Shown here: positions 11,151-24,900 of the stretch, piece after piece
How the letters are laid out: every line of letters begins with the position of its first letter
Position numbering within the stretch: the first letter of the stretch is position 1
Assembly (NCBI GenBank): GCA_905178155.1
Contig: CAJINV010000002.1
Coordinates: forward strand, 6,788,743-6,852,742
Origin: Amoebophrya sp. A120
Taxonomy: Eukaryota; Protista; Dinoflagellata
Length of the DNA: 64,000 bases
Reading direction: 5' to 3'
Translations under genes and position numbers: made by a program
The notes under the pieces: generated by a model
Told to the model about the DNA's origin: nothing
The model's database searches: none
The model's input: only the letters and a program-made list of their open reading frames with translations

Positions 11151-14100
11151 ATGCCCACCATGACAAAACGTCGGCTTCTTCTTCCCAATTTCTACTCTTC
11201 TCCCACAACGACTCTGCTCGCGATTGTTAGTGCGGCAAACTTGTTCTGCTCTCTTTTCCTGCCGACTTGTTCCGCTCTCAGTGTCGTGCATACAAGAACC
11301 GGACGAGGAGAAGGTCATGCAACAAGGAGCAGAGTCTTCACGTCGACATCATCAGTAAACAACAAGGGCCTTTTCATTTCCTCTGAAGTCTCGAGCGGTA
11401 GGGAGGACCAGCGAACTGGACAAGAATTCAACTTTGACGAACAGGACACCTCTGCGGGCCGCAGTGATAGTACGAACACGCTTTTAAATAAGCACAGTAC
11501 CAGTTCTAATATCAAGTCCACGCTACTCGATCGTTCTCTCTCTTCGATCAACGAGATGTTAGAGAAAAACTGGAAACGGAAAGACGTGCTCGACAATCTG
11601 TTGCACACCCACGAGCACAAGTTCACCGAGAAAATGCAGCATTTGCGGAAAGAGCTGCAGAGACAGAGCTCCGCGCTGTCGCAAATCGCGCTTGAACAGG
11701 CGGAAAGCAGGAATAGTGTCGACGGAAGCAAGTCCGAGATTGCGCGCCTGCGGAGAAGGTACAAGCTCGAAGTTGAGGAACAGTGCGGGAAGGAGGTGGA
11801 CAGGATCGGGAAAGAGAAAAAACGAAAATTACTGGAGTTGAAAGATCGGAGGGAAATGTACGCCAAGTATTTTGGGAAAAGAGTTAGGGGTCAAAAGAGT
11901 AACGAGACAAAATCCTCTGCTGCTTCGTCGGATGTCGACAGTAGTAGCACTTCTGCAGTTCTTTCTTCCGAGCCTTGTTGTCCCCCGTACGACGAGGACA
12001 CTCTGGATTTTCTGATCGGGGAAACCGAGGACGCGCTGCAGACACACACGGAAGAGCAGGAAAGTAAAGAAAAGCAATGCGAGAATCAAAGAACCGACCT
12101 CAACAACCGCATCGCGGCACTGCAGAACGAGGAGAAGCAAGTCGCAAGAAAAATGAGCCACACGGAGCAGTTGCGGAAGAGGTACCAGGATATGAAAAAA
12201 GGTTTGGAAAACGAACTAGCGCAAGTGAAAAGAGACTTCAACATCCGCACAAAGAGTCTGAAGGAGGAAAGATCGGGCCTTGCTTCCTCCACCTGCACCT
12301 ACACAGATGTGAGAAACCAGGTCGCGCAGGAACAGACCTTTGATTGCGAAATGACTCCGTGGAAGCCGAAAAGTTTGTGTACGAAGCAGTGCAGAAATGG
12401 GAAATTGGAAAAACCGGGGAAGATGCTGCTAACTCGGGAAATTCTGCGAAACAGCACGCAGTACGGGATTTCCTGTTTTGCGGACGGGAAGAACGGGAAA
12501 AAGTCGGTTTTAACCGCGACAGAGAAAGAAGTGAGCTGCAACGACGTGGCGTGTTAAGGAAAGAAAATTTTTCAACATGGGACGAGGGAGACACGACTCT
12601 TATACTTTTCTTGCAGGGTGTAGGTGTTGACGTTCTCCTGGGTGACAATTTTGATGTCATGACACAGATACAGAAAATCCACCATGCCTGCATGCCAAGC
12701 GAATGACATAGGGAAAAATGGGCTGTACTTTACAAGTTCGCTGAAGAGAAGCAGCTTTAATTTCTGAGAAATCTCGTCCCGTCCTTCTCCTTTCTTTTTC
12801 CAATACTCCCCCGGTCGATTGCAAGCTCGGGGACTGGACGGATTGGTCGGATTGTAGTGCAATTTGCGGGTTCGGGACCACCATGCGCACCCGCGAAGTG
12901 CTCCAGACCCCGCTGCACGGCGGCAAGGTTTGTCCGGCTGTGCAGGAGCGGAAGCCCTGCAACCCGAACGGGGCGTGCGACAAGGACTGCACTGTCAGTG
13001 AAAGCTGGGAGCCACTGACTACGGAAGCGGACGGCAAAGTAGAGACCGGCTGTTCGCGGGCCTGTGGGGGTGGGGTTTTGAAGTTTGAGAAAAAGATCAA
13101 GGAGCCCGCGAAGGGTAGCGAGGGGCAGTGCTTGAGAAAGTGGTACGAAAAAACTGAAAGCTGTAATGAAGAAGCATGTACTTCAACTTCTAGTACTAGT
13201 AGTGCGGAAGAAGCAGGACCCGGAGGTCCTGTTACTAGCAATAGTATGTAGTGAGGTCACCGAACGGTTCTAACCGGGGAGTTTTTTTGCCATATACCCA
13301 GAAAAACGACCGGCAGTTTTCAAGCGGGCGGAAGTGTATTTTGACAAAAAAGATTTCCAATTATCAAGCGGCTGGGGCTTTGCCATCAAACAAGCCCGGT
13401 CGAAAACTGTCGATTCGTACTTGATAAAACGACGCAGGGGAGCCGGCAAAAGGGGCGCCCTTCTGAGGCGCCCGCCGCCTTGGTTTCTGGCGATTTGGGG
13501 CGCCCAAAAAGGGGCGCGCAAAAAACGCGCCCAAAATCAGAACAGCGAAACAATATGGCACGGCCGCGATTTCGGAGCATTTTGGGCGTCCGCGAAAGCG
13601 GCCGCCTTTTCGCCGGTTTCAGAGCCTGGGAAGCTTTGCAAAAAGCGCCGGCGTGAAAAATAAAAACGCGAAAAAGAAAAAGCGCCCCAGACGCGCAAAG
13701 CCAATCCGCATGCTATGGGCCCGATTTTTCTTCGCTTTTTGGGCGCCCCCCGTGGCACCCGGATCGGCCCCATAGCATGGGGGCTCGCCTGCGGAAACGA
13801 ATTTCTGGAATTTGCGAAAATTTGCGACGTTTATCGAGCGGCCGCCATACCGTGCGGCCTAACGTTACTCACGGCGGTATGGCGAGCCAAGAAAAAGCGA
13901 AGCCGCGGCCAAAGCGATGGCCGGCAAGAAAACGCCCACGACCTCACTACCTCCGCCCCGGCGGCTATATTTGGCACGCGAGCAACTACCTCCTCCCCCG
14001 TCCAGTTCCAATGCGGCGCGCGCAACGTGGTCTTAATCGTGGACCAATCTGGCTCCATGAACGACACGGAAGTAAGTTCTTTCCGGAACCAATTTCGCCA

Positions 14101-15190
14101 TAGCATGATGAAACAAATCTCCGACTACACGGACCACGTCCGTTTTGCGGAGCTGGCGTTTGGGAACACAGCTGCTTCCCTCCCCGAGCCGAAAGTGAAG
14201 AAGAGCATTGAAAAAGCGCAGCGGGATTTAGTCACTGAATACACGGCGGATAACGGCGGCGCGTCTCTGGCGACTTCTGGGGTGGACGGAAACTTTTTAC
14301 AACTGCAAGAACACCGAGCTGCGGATGAAATGTTGGCCGATCAGGAGAGGAACAGCTTGTCCTCTTCCCTCGCCTCATCTGCTACTGGAAGTAAAACTTC
14401 GTCTTCAAGAACTCCCAAGATGAATCTTGGCTTTGGCACCCACGTGGCTTCGGCGCTGAAGAAAGCCCGGGACTTGTTCCAGGAGATTCATTCCAGTCGG
14501 AAAGCCGGCCGGAAACTGCGCGAAGCAGAATTAGCCAAGGTGCCCGGGGGCGTGGTCTTGGCGAACCGGGTGAAAGTGAATTTGAAACTGAACCAACCGG
14601 AGGGCAGCGACGTCATTGTGGTTTTCAGCGATTGTAAATGGTCGAGGAAACACCTTATCCACGAAGAAATGAAAAAGTTCGCCACGCCGAGTGCGAATGG
14701 AGAGAGAACAAAGACGACCCAAGTTCTGCTCGTGCTCGGTGGTGGAAACGGGTCCTCTGGGGAGAAAGTTGACACGGCGAAAAATGAGATTCTGGAAGAG
14801 GAGTACGTCCCGAGCCAGCACGTGTTCGCAGCCACACCGGAGGCGCTGAGCGGGAAGAATGGGGAGGAGCAGCTGGACCTCTTCACGAACATCTTGTCAG
14901 GAATTTGTCCGAAAGTTCTGGCAATGAATGCTGCAGCGGGGGGGACTACAGGGTCTGTAGGATCATCTTCTACCTCCACGGGCGGACCTTCCGCTGCATT
15001 CATGCTTCACGGTAAAACTACCGCCGACAACAGTTATCTACCAGAACCACATCTTCAACCACCTAGAACTACATACACCACGAAGCAGCGCGAAAACACG
15101 ATAAATACGGCATTGGAGGGGACAGCGGAAAGCTCGCGGTCGGTCATGTCCGATGTGCGAAGAGCGATTCGGGAAATGGAACATTTGTGA
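11151..15190 (+). CDS. Putative secreted coiled-coil + 3x thrombospondin type 1 + von Willebrand A protein
   Basis: Hydrophobic N-terminus; coiled coil; TSP1 motifs (DCKLGDWTDWSDCSAICGFG..RTR, CTKQC, CSRACGGG); vWA MIDAS motif VVLIVDQSGS and VIVVFSD. Non-canonical introns at ~12555-12810 and ~13240-13950/13988. Confidence 0.82.
12552..12810. other. Non-canonical intron with decayed inverted repeats
   Basis: Required to join CNDVAC to PVDC; GGGACGAG/CTCGTCCC and GGAAAGAAA/TTTCTTTTTCC inverted pairs lie near the ends. Confidence 0.6.
13245..13950. mobile_element. GC-rich ~700-bp inverted-repeat element acting as an intron
   Basis: GTAGTGAGGTC (13248-13258)/GACCTCACTAC (13940-13950); begins TAT; internal hairpin TGCTATGGG/CCCATAGCA at 13711-13777; separates the TSP1 and vWA exons. 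Confidence 0.65.
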
Positions 15191-15949
15191 TTCAAGTAGT
15201 AGAAGTGGTAGCCGCAGAAGTAGTAATTCTACAAAGGCAGGATTGCTTCTCCAATCGAATTTGAATGCCCGCGTTTCCATACATATGTTTCGAAATTGTT
15301 GTACGGTGCCTAGCGTTTCGATAACGTGTAGATGGCTCAAATTTTCTTTTCCAACCAGAGCCTCCTCGAGACTCAGTGAGTTTTGCTTTGTCGTTGGTAT
15401 GCATTACCTCCTGGCAAAGTCGCTGATCAACGAGAATCAGAACTAGACGAGAAGTAGTCTGACGTCTGTGACTTAGTTTCACTCCGGTGGCTTTGGTGTT
15501 TTGTCCCCTGTGTTGTTCATCGGTTTTCCCGGATTACGCTTGTCGTATAGTCAGAGCTGAGATTTTACGATGCGCGTCTCTTTTGACGAGCGTGAGCGAA
15601 ATCAAATGCGACCAAACAGGATCAGCCAAGAAAAATGCTATGACGAGGGTCGGCACGCATGCGCATCGCCCTGCCGCGTCCGCGATACATGTTTTATGAG
15701 GCGAACAAGGTGGAAGTCCTATTCGTCAAAACGCAAGCCTAACTTGGTCCGTGATGAAATGCAAAATGATGGCGCTTCTGCAGTTTGGACCACTTCTGGG
15801 CTTACAACTTACACTATCTATGAAATAAGTAGAAATTTGAGTTGCAGCTTCTTTTCATCGTGACGTGAAAGTGGTTCTTTCTCTTTCAGTGAGACGCGTG
15901 AAATCCCTGGTCCACTAGAAGCTGCAACTGCAAGTGAAAGATATCGAGG

Positions 15950-18900
15950 ATGAGCGCGTTTCCCCCAGAAGATGATGGTGGTGATGACGACGGTGGTGGC
16001 CCACAACACCCCCCGTCGGCACTGGTGAACATGAACCGCACCACCGAGGAAACGAGGCCGAGCAAAGGATCACGACAGCGCCCCAATTCTATATCCGGAA
16101 CGGTCTCCGCCAGGTTTCTGGACAGGTCGACACTGATCTCGAGCATCACGGGCAGGAGCTCGCAAAGGACAGGCAGAACCTCCAGTAGTGCCAGCGTTTC
16201 CAGCACAGCTCGGAGGTCCGTGATTGCAGCCCTGGTGGCGGAGGAAGACAGTGAAGAGGATGGCAGTAACTTCAGCGGAGGTGGTGCTGGGGGAGGAAAT
16301 ACGGCGGTCTCCGCGTCCCAGTCCCTGGAACAAGCGGTGAACAAAATCAGTTGCCGTATCTCCCTTCTGCGGTCGACTTTTATGACTCAACGGCAGGACC
16401 TGGAGGAAATGGAAAACGAGCCACCTCCACCAAATAATGGTACCGCTGGCCGCCGCACAAGCCGGGCCGAGTCCATTGCTTCCACCACAGCCTCGGTTTT
16501 ACGCAGAGCGGACGGCAAGCCGGCGTGTTCCCTCACCTGCCTGTCGGTGTTTATCATTCTGGGCAACTTCTTCTCCACCTGGGCCTACTTCGGCCTTTTC
16601 TGGGACGTTGGATTGGGAAGCTTTCCCCTTTGCCCCATATCGAGGAGCGCGATCCTGCACAACCGTGCCATCGAAGAAAAGAAAAACAACGCGGCGGTGC
16701 TTTTAGAAACTGTTGGAACTGGGAGTGCAACTGAACGAACAGAATCAGGAACTGCGGTCGTGGCACCACACGCACCAGTACTAGCAGCTGAAAACGATGG
16801 TGGTACAACACAATCAACTTCCACATCGACTTCTGTCCCTGCCACCGCAGAAACGCCTGATCTGCAAATACCAGACTGGCAAGCCAGCATATTTCTGAAG
16901 GAGCTTCCCTTCTATGTAGCGGCGATGACGTGGATCGGGCTGTACCATGCTGTGTTCTGGAACGAGGGCTTGGGCAGCACGGGCATGCGGAGCTTCGTCT
17001 GGGTGTTAGTCCTCCTGTGGACCATGATTACGTGGCACTACTTGAAACAGGAGGACGCTCGCGAGGACGCGAAGATGATTAACGGCGCGTGCCACGGTGC
17101 GTGGCTTCTCCTCGTCACCGCCACCTTCTATCCAGCGCCCCGCACCTGGGAACGTCTCCGCACCTACGTGCTCGGCTCGTTTTCTTTTGTCGTGTACGGC
17201 AGTGCGCAGTACCTGTTCATCTTCGGTCCCCAGGGAGTGCTCACGATCTTGATCAGCATCGATCGCAGAAAAGAAGAAGAGCCGATGAAAGCACTGTTGA
17301 TGCAATCTGTCCTGTTGATCTTCACATTCCAGCTCTGGCTGCCCATCTCTGAGAACTTTCTGGCTCGGTGCATGCTCCCCCTGGTGCACAGTAATCTAAA
17401 GGAGGACCCGGCCTACGACCCGCGTACAGTGGGTGGCGAAAGGGCACACCGGGCCTACATGTTTCGCGTCAAGTGGTGGTCGTACTCCTACTGGGACATG
17501 TGGAAAGCCGGCATCACACGTATGCTCTTACTCCGCACTATCCATGTGAATTCTGGATGACGTCGACGAGAAGTTGCGTCTTATTCGTCTGTTTGGATCA
17601 TTTTTGATTTCGATAAATTGCACACGACAAGATCCTCGCTAAGGGTATATCATGCACGTACAACTCGAACAGGACGGGACCTTGTAACAAGTAAAGACAA
17701 ACATGAACACAATCATTAGTCTTTCGCGTCAAGATTTCGCATCGATAAGCAGTTTGCCCTCGGTTTTTGTCTTCACACTGGTCAAAGACTTGGTTTCCCA
17801 TGTTATCCACTACGCACTGCGCACCTCCGACCCCGCCGTGGTTTTCTTCGTGAAGTGCCTGAAGTCACGGGAGCTAGCAAAGCAGTACCCCTGGCTCACA
17901 TACGCCATGCGGTGGTGGAACGAATCGCCTTGCTTCGACCGCTACCTGGCCTGCTGGACGTGGTTTTACGACTCGAGGGAGTTGGATTTCGGAAGTGGAA
18001 CTTCGCATGCACAACTGGTAAGGAAACAAGGACACGGGGTGGATCACGTCGGATCTTCGTCTTCGATGGCGCAACTACGTGACCAGCACGGGGAGGACGG
18101 CTATCCACGCCGGACAACTGCAGAGCGGATGCAGAGCAAAAGAAATAAATATCAGTACCCGCTGTCGCACCTGAAGCCTACTATTAAAACGGAGCAACCT
18201 CAACTTGTCAACAGCGAAGAAAATAATGAAGTGTTGTCTTTCTCCTTCGAGAACGTGACCATCAAGTTTTTCAACTTTCCCGGCAATCTCGACGAAGCAC
18301 TGCGGGTTCGCCGGTCGAGCTTCCGTGCCTTCGCCAGCGGGGTAACGAATATGCCGGGGTCGAGTAGGACGAAGTCCTCCACTGCTTCCTCGAAGAAAAT
18401 ACCACCTCCACCCGTCACCTTGCTGCAGACCGCCGCTTCAGCTGGCCCGGAGGACCAAGTTGGCGTCACGAGCGCAAAAGAGAAGCCGAGTAATTGTTCT
18501 AACGGCGTCGGGGTCTTCAACTACGACGAGCAGGCTGAAAAAGCAGACCACCGACCAGCAAGTGACGCAACGCCGAGCCTGGTCAGCCGCATGCTCACGT
18601 CTGCACTGAGTTTTGTCGGAGCTAATGCGGCCAGTTCATCGACAACACCGGCAAGGACTTCGAGTACGCAGGGCGGGCAGTGGCTGCTGCGGTACCTGGA
18701 AATGGTGCGGAAAGTCTACGTTGACAGCGAGGACCAGCTCGAGGGGCTGTGCAAGGTGATCCGTTATGAAACGTTCTTCCGCTGGCAAGCGAAGTGGATT
18801 GTCGCGGCAGTGATGTCTATGTTCTTGCTGTTTTTGCCGTTACTAATGCAGCAGAGCTGGATCGTCGAGTCCCCGGGGTACAAAAACAACATCAAGCCCG

Positions 18901-19601
18901 ATTACTTCTTTCGCGCCACGTTGTTCCTCGTTTTTGACGTGCTCGAGTATTTCGCCGTCACTTCGTATGCGCAGTAGAGCCTTTCGCTTTTTTCAATTCT
19001 CGCGGATCACTATCGATGTGCATGAAGAAGAAATGGTCTTGATATAATCGTGCATTGTGGAGGACAGGACGAACCGTTCCCACCCACAGTACAGGATGTA
19101 ATTTCGCCGTGCTCCCACAAGAGTGATTGCGATCCACCTGCGGAAAGCGTGTAGTGAGTTTTTCTAATTCACACCACATTGCTCTGCTCCACGGCCGAAG
19201 CCGCAGCGGCCAAGAAAACAACTTCAAGCTGGTCTCTCTGGTTTTGCCCGGGTCGTAAAAAAACAACTAGAATAAACCCCGCGTCATCTGCGGACAACCA
19301 AACAGGAATTCTGCCCGACATGCCATCGGCTTTTACCGACGACCAGAGTATGAACGCCGAAAATGAGGAAGAATCAGAGGACAGCGACTCTCTCGAGAGC
19401 CGACGCAGCATGATAGCCCAGGATTTCGTGAAGTACACTACGCTTTTCGAATTTCTCATGATCGCGATCAACTGTGTGCAATACCAGACGACCATAACAA
19501 ACATGTGGTCGAACGACAAGCTCATCGATTTCCAAGAAGTCCTCCGTGTACCAGATTTGCGATGGGACGAAATCTTTCGCATTTGCTCATTCGCGCGATA
19601 G
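15950..19601 (+). CDS. Hypothetical multi-pass membrane protein (3 exons)
   Basis: ORFs 15950-17560, 17703-18977 and 19179-19601 with many hydrophobic segments; non-canonical TAT-starting introns at ~17539-17710 and ~18966-19190 (boundaries approximate). Confidence 0.7.
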
Positions 19602-20592
19602 AAGAAATGCGGCGTAGTAGTATCTGTTGTGTGCTGTTGCATCTTTTTTTATTCCAAGTTGAACTTCAACTTGTGTGCACAATTGAATAGTAGATGTAGA
19701 CCCTTCGATATAAAAACAGGTATCAAGGAGAACAAAAAAAGCAAAATTTATGATGAGGAGCTTTGGGCTCGCGTTCGCTCAGTTTTGTGGTATTATTTCA
19801 GCATTTTGGGGCACGATTTTCTTTTTTTCAAAACGAAATCCCGTACCACGCATAGCCCGTTCCCGGTGATGCTCATGCACCCAATGAACCCACATTATAG
19901 CGCGTTTCAACATCTGCATGATGCATAGATCTTTTCTTCCGAGATCTTCGAGCCGGCGTGTCCATGTATCAGTGCCTAAATGTAAATGTTTCATCTCACA
20001 CTCACTCTCAATTATTTTCCGCTAAGCGACTTCTTGCGCACACTTGCAAAGAAAACATCAACATGTTGGCACTCTCCGTGAAAAAATGGCATGCGTTCCT
20101 GAACATCATGAAAGAAAATAAAAGATGACAAAAGACTGATATTGCGGGCTGCCGACAAGTGCGATCGCATGGTGTTGTGCGCCCTTTTCACCCACAAACA
20201 AATGTGCGACGATCTTCACGTTTTGTGGTTGTACGACCGTGTGCATGTGCATTAATTATTCGCGATGGATCAGAATCAGAAAATCAACACACACACGAGG
20301 ATCATCATGGGATGTTCACATCAGGACCTCAATGCACGCGTTTCAAATTCGGTTCACACAGAAGTACAATGCACCAACATGATTGTGACTCAAAGACATT
20401 ATTGCAGCCACAGGCCACGCCACTAGAAGGTGCTTGTTGTATCTTCATTTTCTGCCCATAGATAGCCATAAGCCATACGTATTCGCGCGTCAAAAGATCA
20501 TTATCATTTCACTCAACGACAACGTCGCATCTCCGTTTTTCTGGTGTATCAGTATCGCAAAATATTAATATCACTCCTGCTTTTCGCCCACC

Positions 20593-21354
20593 ATGTTTCG
20601 CAACTACACCCCGAAGGACGTCCAGACCAACAAGGCGAAGTCCAGTGTGGAGCGCAAGATAAGGGAGGACATATTGGAGTCCTACCCGCGGTTGCAGCCG
20701 GTGATGGACCTGATTTGGCCGAAGAAGAACGCGAACATTCTTCTCGGGAAGACGAAAAACAAGATTCAACTGGTTATTTTGGACGAGGAGGTGATTTTTT
20801 TTCAGCCGGACAGCAACAACCCAGGCAAGGTGTGGTTCCCGACCCTGAGACTACTGCACCAGTACCCAAGCATGATGCCAAAGATGCAAGTGGACACCGG
20901 AGCGATCAAATTCGTTTTGAAGGTACAGCTCGTTGTGTATTTTCCACGATGCTCATACGTGGTAACTTATTCCGTATTCCGTATTGGATTCTTGTTTTCA
21001 CCACAGACTTAGGCGGGAAAAGCGCACTTGTTCTGATTTCCGCTCTCGCTCTTTTTGTATTTGTAGCAGTCAACAATTATTTCGGAAAAATACTAGAACT
21101 ACAGTTTGAATTTTCCATCCCTACAGGGCGCCGACGTGATGTGTCCGGGTCTGACTCACCCAACGGGCGGAGCGATGGAAGACGTACCAAAGGACGTACC
21201 AGTCCAAATTGTTGCCGAGAACAAGGAAACCGCGTGCGCCGTCGGCCTGACCGCAATGAGCACGGAAGAAATCAGGAAACTGAACAAGGGGAATGGTGTC
21301 CTGTCCATGCACTCATTGGGAGACTGCTTGTGGAAAGAGGGCAAGGTGGTGTAG
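20593..21354 (+). CDS. MCTS1: MCT-1/TMA20 PUA-domain translation re-initiation factor
   Basis: [33 protein letters not shown]...NKGNGV..MHSLGDCLW; GT-AG intron 20923-21126. Confidence 0.95.
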
Positions 21355-21976
21355 ATATGTCGTCTTAATCATGAACGGATCTCGGATCGAAAAAAGCATG
21401 TCCAGAACATGATAGCTCATTGGCATTACCCATCACAACCCAACACGACCTCTTTTGACATATAGAATTTTATCAAAATCATCAAAAGATTTCTGCAGCC
21501 GGGTGCTAAGTACACTGAATCCCGGCACTGGTGTTCGTCCTCGTTCTCGTCAGGCGTGGGCATGCGCATTGATTGTACCGCCTACACTATACTCGTCTCA
21601 GTTCTTTGCGGCCCTCTTGATGTTCTGTCGTTTTCTATGAGAATAGCAATGTGTGTGCGCACGACATCTGAGCACACGCACAGTATTGAAGATGAGTGTT
21701 GCTTGAGAAGCAGTTTGACAGTCCACCGCGAGAGTAACTAATTGGAATTCATTGCTGGAGTCAGAGAGGAGTAACGTTCTCGTGACAGTTTACTTGAGTT
21801 ATCGCTTCTTGTTCGATAGGTCCAGCTTCTTGTCCTCCTTACCATTTTAGAGAAACCGTGACTTTCTTCGGAGAGGCACCGGGATAAAGATCATGGTCAC
21901 GTTGTTCCTTACGTCTATTTCTCGTTGACGCAAGAAAAAAGAAAGTTTCGAAATTAACTCTGTATAGAGATCAACC

Positions 21977-24900
21977 ATGGTTGGCTTTGCGGGCTCTCCT
22001 TCCACCACGTTCAGCATCGACAAGGCTACCTACATCTATGACACGTTGAACCCTAAGGCCGGATTGAACCCCCTACGGTGCACCGAACTTCCCCCCGGTG
22101 TGAAGTCCGACAAGTGCTTCCACAACCCGAAAACCGGCCGCGATGAGTGCGATTCTGACGAAGTCGGGAAGGATACGGATTACCCAGTTTTCCACTACTT
22201 CTTTGACAACAAAGCGGATTCCAAACAGAACACGACGCACAACTATCGCTGCGTCATCGACGGGCTGAACCCGGAGGACCAGGCCCGCGAGACGGACAGC
22301 GAGTGCCCGCTGCAGAAAACGAAAGCCCAGTGCATGGCGTTTGAGTACCACGGGCACAAACTGTGCGACTGGAGCGACGTGGACCCAAAGAGCAAATCGG
22401 TCGGCGAAAAGATAAAACAAACCGCGGGTGCGCTCGCCAGCAACGTGAAGAAGTTGTTCGGCTTCGGGACCAAGCCGCCGCCGCAAATCTACAAGTTTCC
22501 GACGGACACCATCCGGTGTCGGTCGCGGTGTGCGGTGCAGGACTTCATGGAGTGCGACGAGCACGTCTGCTCCCTCACCCCCGACTACAAGTGCGTCCCA
22601 AGGAGGGATTTAGGGGCGGGATTGCTGCTGGAGAAATCTCGGACGGTGAAGAATTCAGCGACTTTCGGGCCCGGGAACCACTCCGGCGGGACGGAAATGG
22701 TGGTGAAGCACCCGAGTTACAGGGAGCAAGGGAACGATTTAGGTTTTCAATTCAATTATTTATCGAGTGGGAATAAAGTGTGTCCAGTTTTGCGAAAGAA
22801 CGAAAAGCTCTTCCAACAAGGCGAGAAAGTCTACATTCGCGCCGGGTCAGCGAACAGTTCCGGCTCGTCCTTTTTCGATTTCGGGTCCTTCCTCCACTAC
22901 AAGAAGCCCGAACGGGGAAAAGTCGTGAAATCCGAGTACGACCACGGGGACAAAATGGTCTCGGTACAAATCGACGATCCGACCTCCGCCGAACCGAAGC
23001 TGAAGCGGGTGAAGGTGGAGGATTTGCTGCATTTTGACGAAGCGAAGGTGAAGTACAGACAGTTCAACTCCGCGGTGAAGCACTCCAGTCTGTTCACCGA
23101 CCCGACTTTATGGAGCTGCAGTAATCTGGGGAACGGAAACAAGCCGGTGAAGTACACGAATTTCCAGGATTTTTTGAAGAACAGAACCAAGTGGGATCAG
23201 CAGTTTTCGCACCCCGAGATCGAGATGCGGGAGCCGTTCACGTGGTTGCGCGTGCAGGTCGTGAACGTGGACGACCCGACGGACATCAAATGGAATATGG
23301 AGTTCTCAAATGTTACATTCTCAACTGTTACATGAATTTGGAATGCAAGAGTGGCAAAATTATTGAAAGGGGGAAGATTGCGCCTTTTGCATTACAGGTT
23401 CGGCGTAGATTCTCATGCTATCTAGAAAGTCGCGAACTTGTCATCCGGAGCAGCTTGATCGTGTAGATATTCATGGCTAATTTGCATGACAAATCATGTA
23501 AAAGCTGAGAATGTAACAGTTGAGAACGCCATATAGAACGCAGTTTACACGTACCGAAAACCGACCCGGCGGGTATCCAGCACCGCGCAGCCCAACGTCG
23601 GCGCGACCGCGCACTTCTACGACGCCGATTTCTACAAGTACCCGTATTTGAACACAACCAAAGACCTGTTCAACAGCGGGATCAACGACAGTCGGATTCG
23701 GCGGTCGTTGGGGCAGCTGGCCAACGGGATCAAATCTTTGATCCCTCGGATGAGCCCGAGCGAGAAGAGCCAGGAGCTGTACAACCCAGCGATCTCCTAT
23801 CCACCGAAAAAGACCCTTCCACATCCAATTTGTCATGCAAAACAAGTATCAAGTCATGTCCATGTTGTGATGTTTGTCATGCAAAAAATGGAGGATGTGG
23901 ATGGGTTTTTTTCTGTGGATATTTCCAACGGCGATTTGCGCCGGAAGTGGAGCTACCGGGTCGGGAAGGCCATGAACGTGCTTACGGGGAAGGAGGACAA
24001 GGAAACCGCGAATATGAGAATTCCACCCCCGATATCCTTTGTAAAAACGTCCCCACACCATAGTTGTCATGCAAATCTGCATGCTTAAAATATTTCTCAT
24101 GCGGAGCCCCATGAGAAGCATTTTCTAATGGTGTTTTGAAATTTATTTGTCATGCTCCAATCAGCATGAGAGACTAGATCTGTAATGCTGCTGAACTAGC
24201 TCAAACAGCACTACACTACGCGTCCAAATTTGTCATGCGAAACAGCCAAAGCTTGTGGATTTGTCTAGCCGATTCCCCATCTTGACTATGGGGTGGGTAC
24301 GTTTTTACATAGGATACCCGAATCATATTTTACCCCACCAGCGGGTCATCGATTTCCAGCCGCTTTGCGGGCCGTCGAAACCCGGGAAGAGAAGATTGTA
24401 CGACGTGTCCATCGTCACGGACGGGATGGCGAAAGGAGGAAACTCTTCACCGTTTTTCGACTTGTCAATGAAGAAGCTGTACGACTTTGCCCGCGACAGC
24501 CTGTACCTGGACATGACCGAACCCGCCGGGGGAATCAAGGGCCGCATGGCCTTAACTGGCTATGGGAGTGTCAGAATCGAAATTGACAAAATCGAAAAAT
24601 TTGTGATGCACAAAATCGATGTCAGTTGGAGCCTCAGTCTTCAAGTGGCGCATGACAAATTTCGGGAGCACCAAAATCCAGTCTGTCATGCTGTTTGGGG
24701 AAAGAAGACTGCTCCTGTCATGCTACTCTGGCAGCACATTGCATACCCCTAAACAGGCTCACAGTCGGCCTCATATGCCTGCTCCCCAATACAGGCCTTC
24801 AGTGCTCTACATTTTATGCATCACAAGTTTCTCGATTTTGTCGATTTCGATCCTGACACATCCATACCGGCGCAGAGGAAATTAGAAAGCAGGCGATGAA

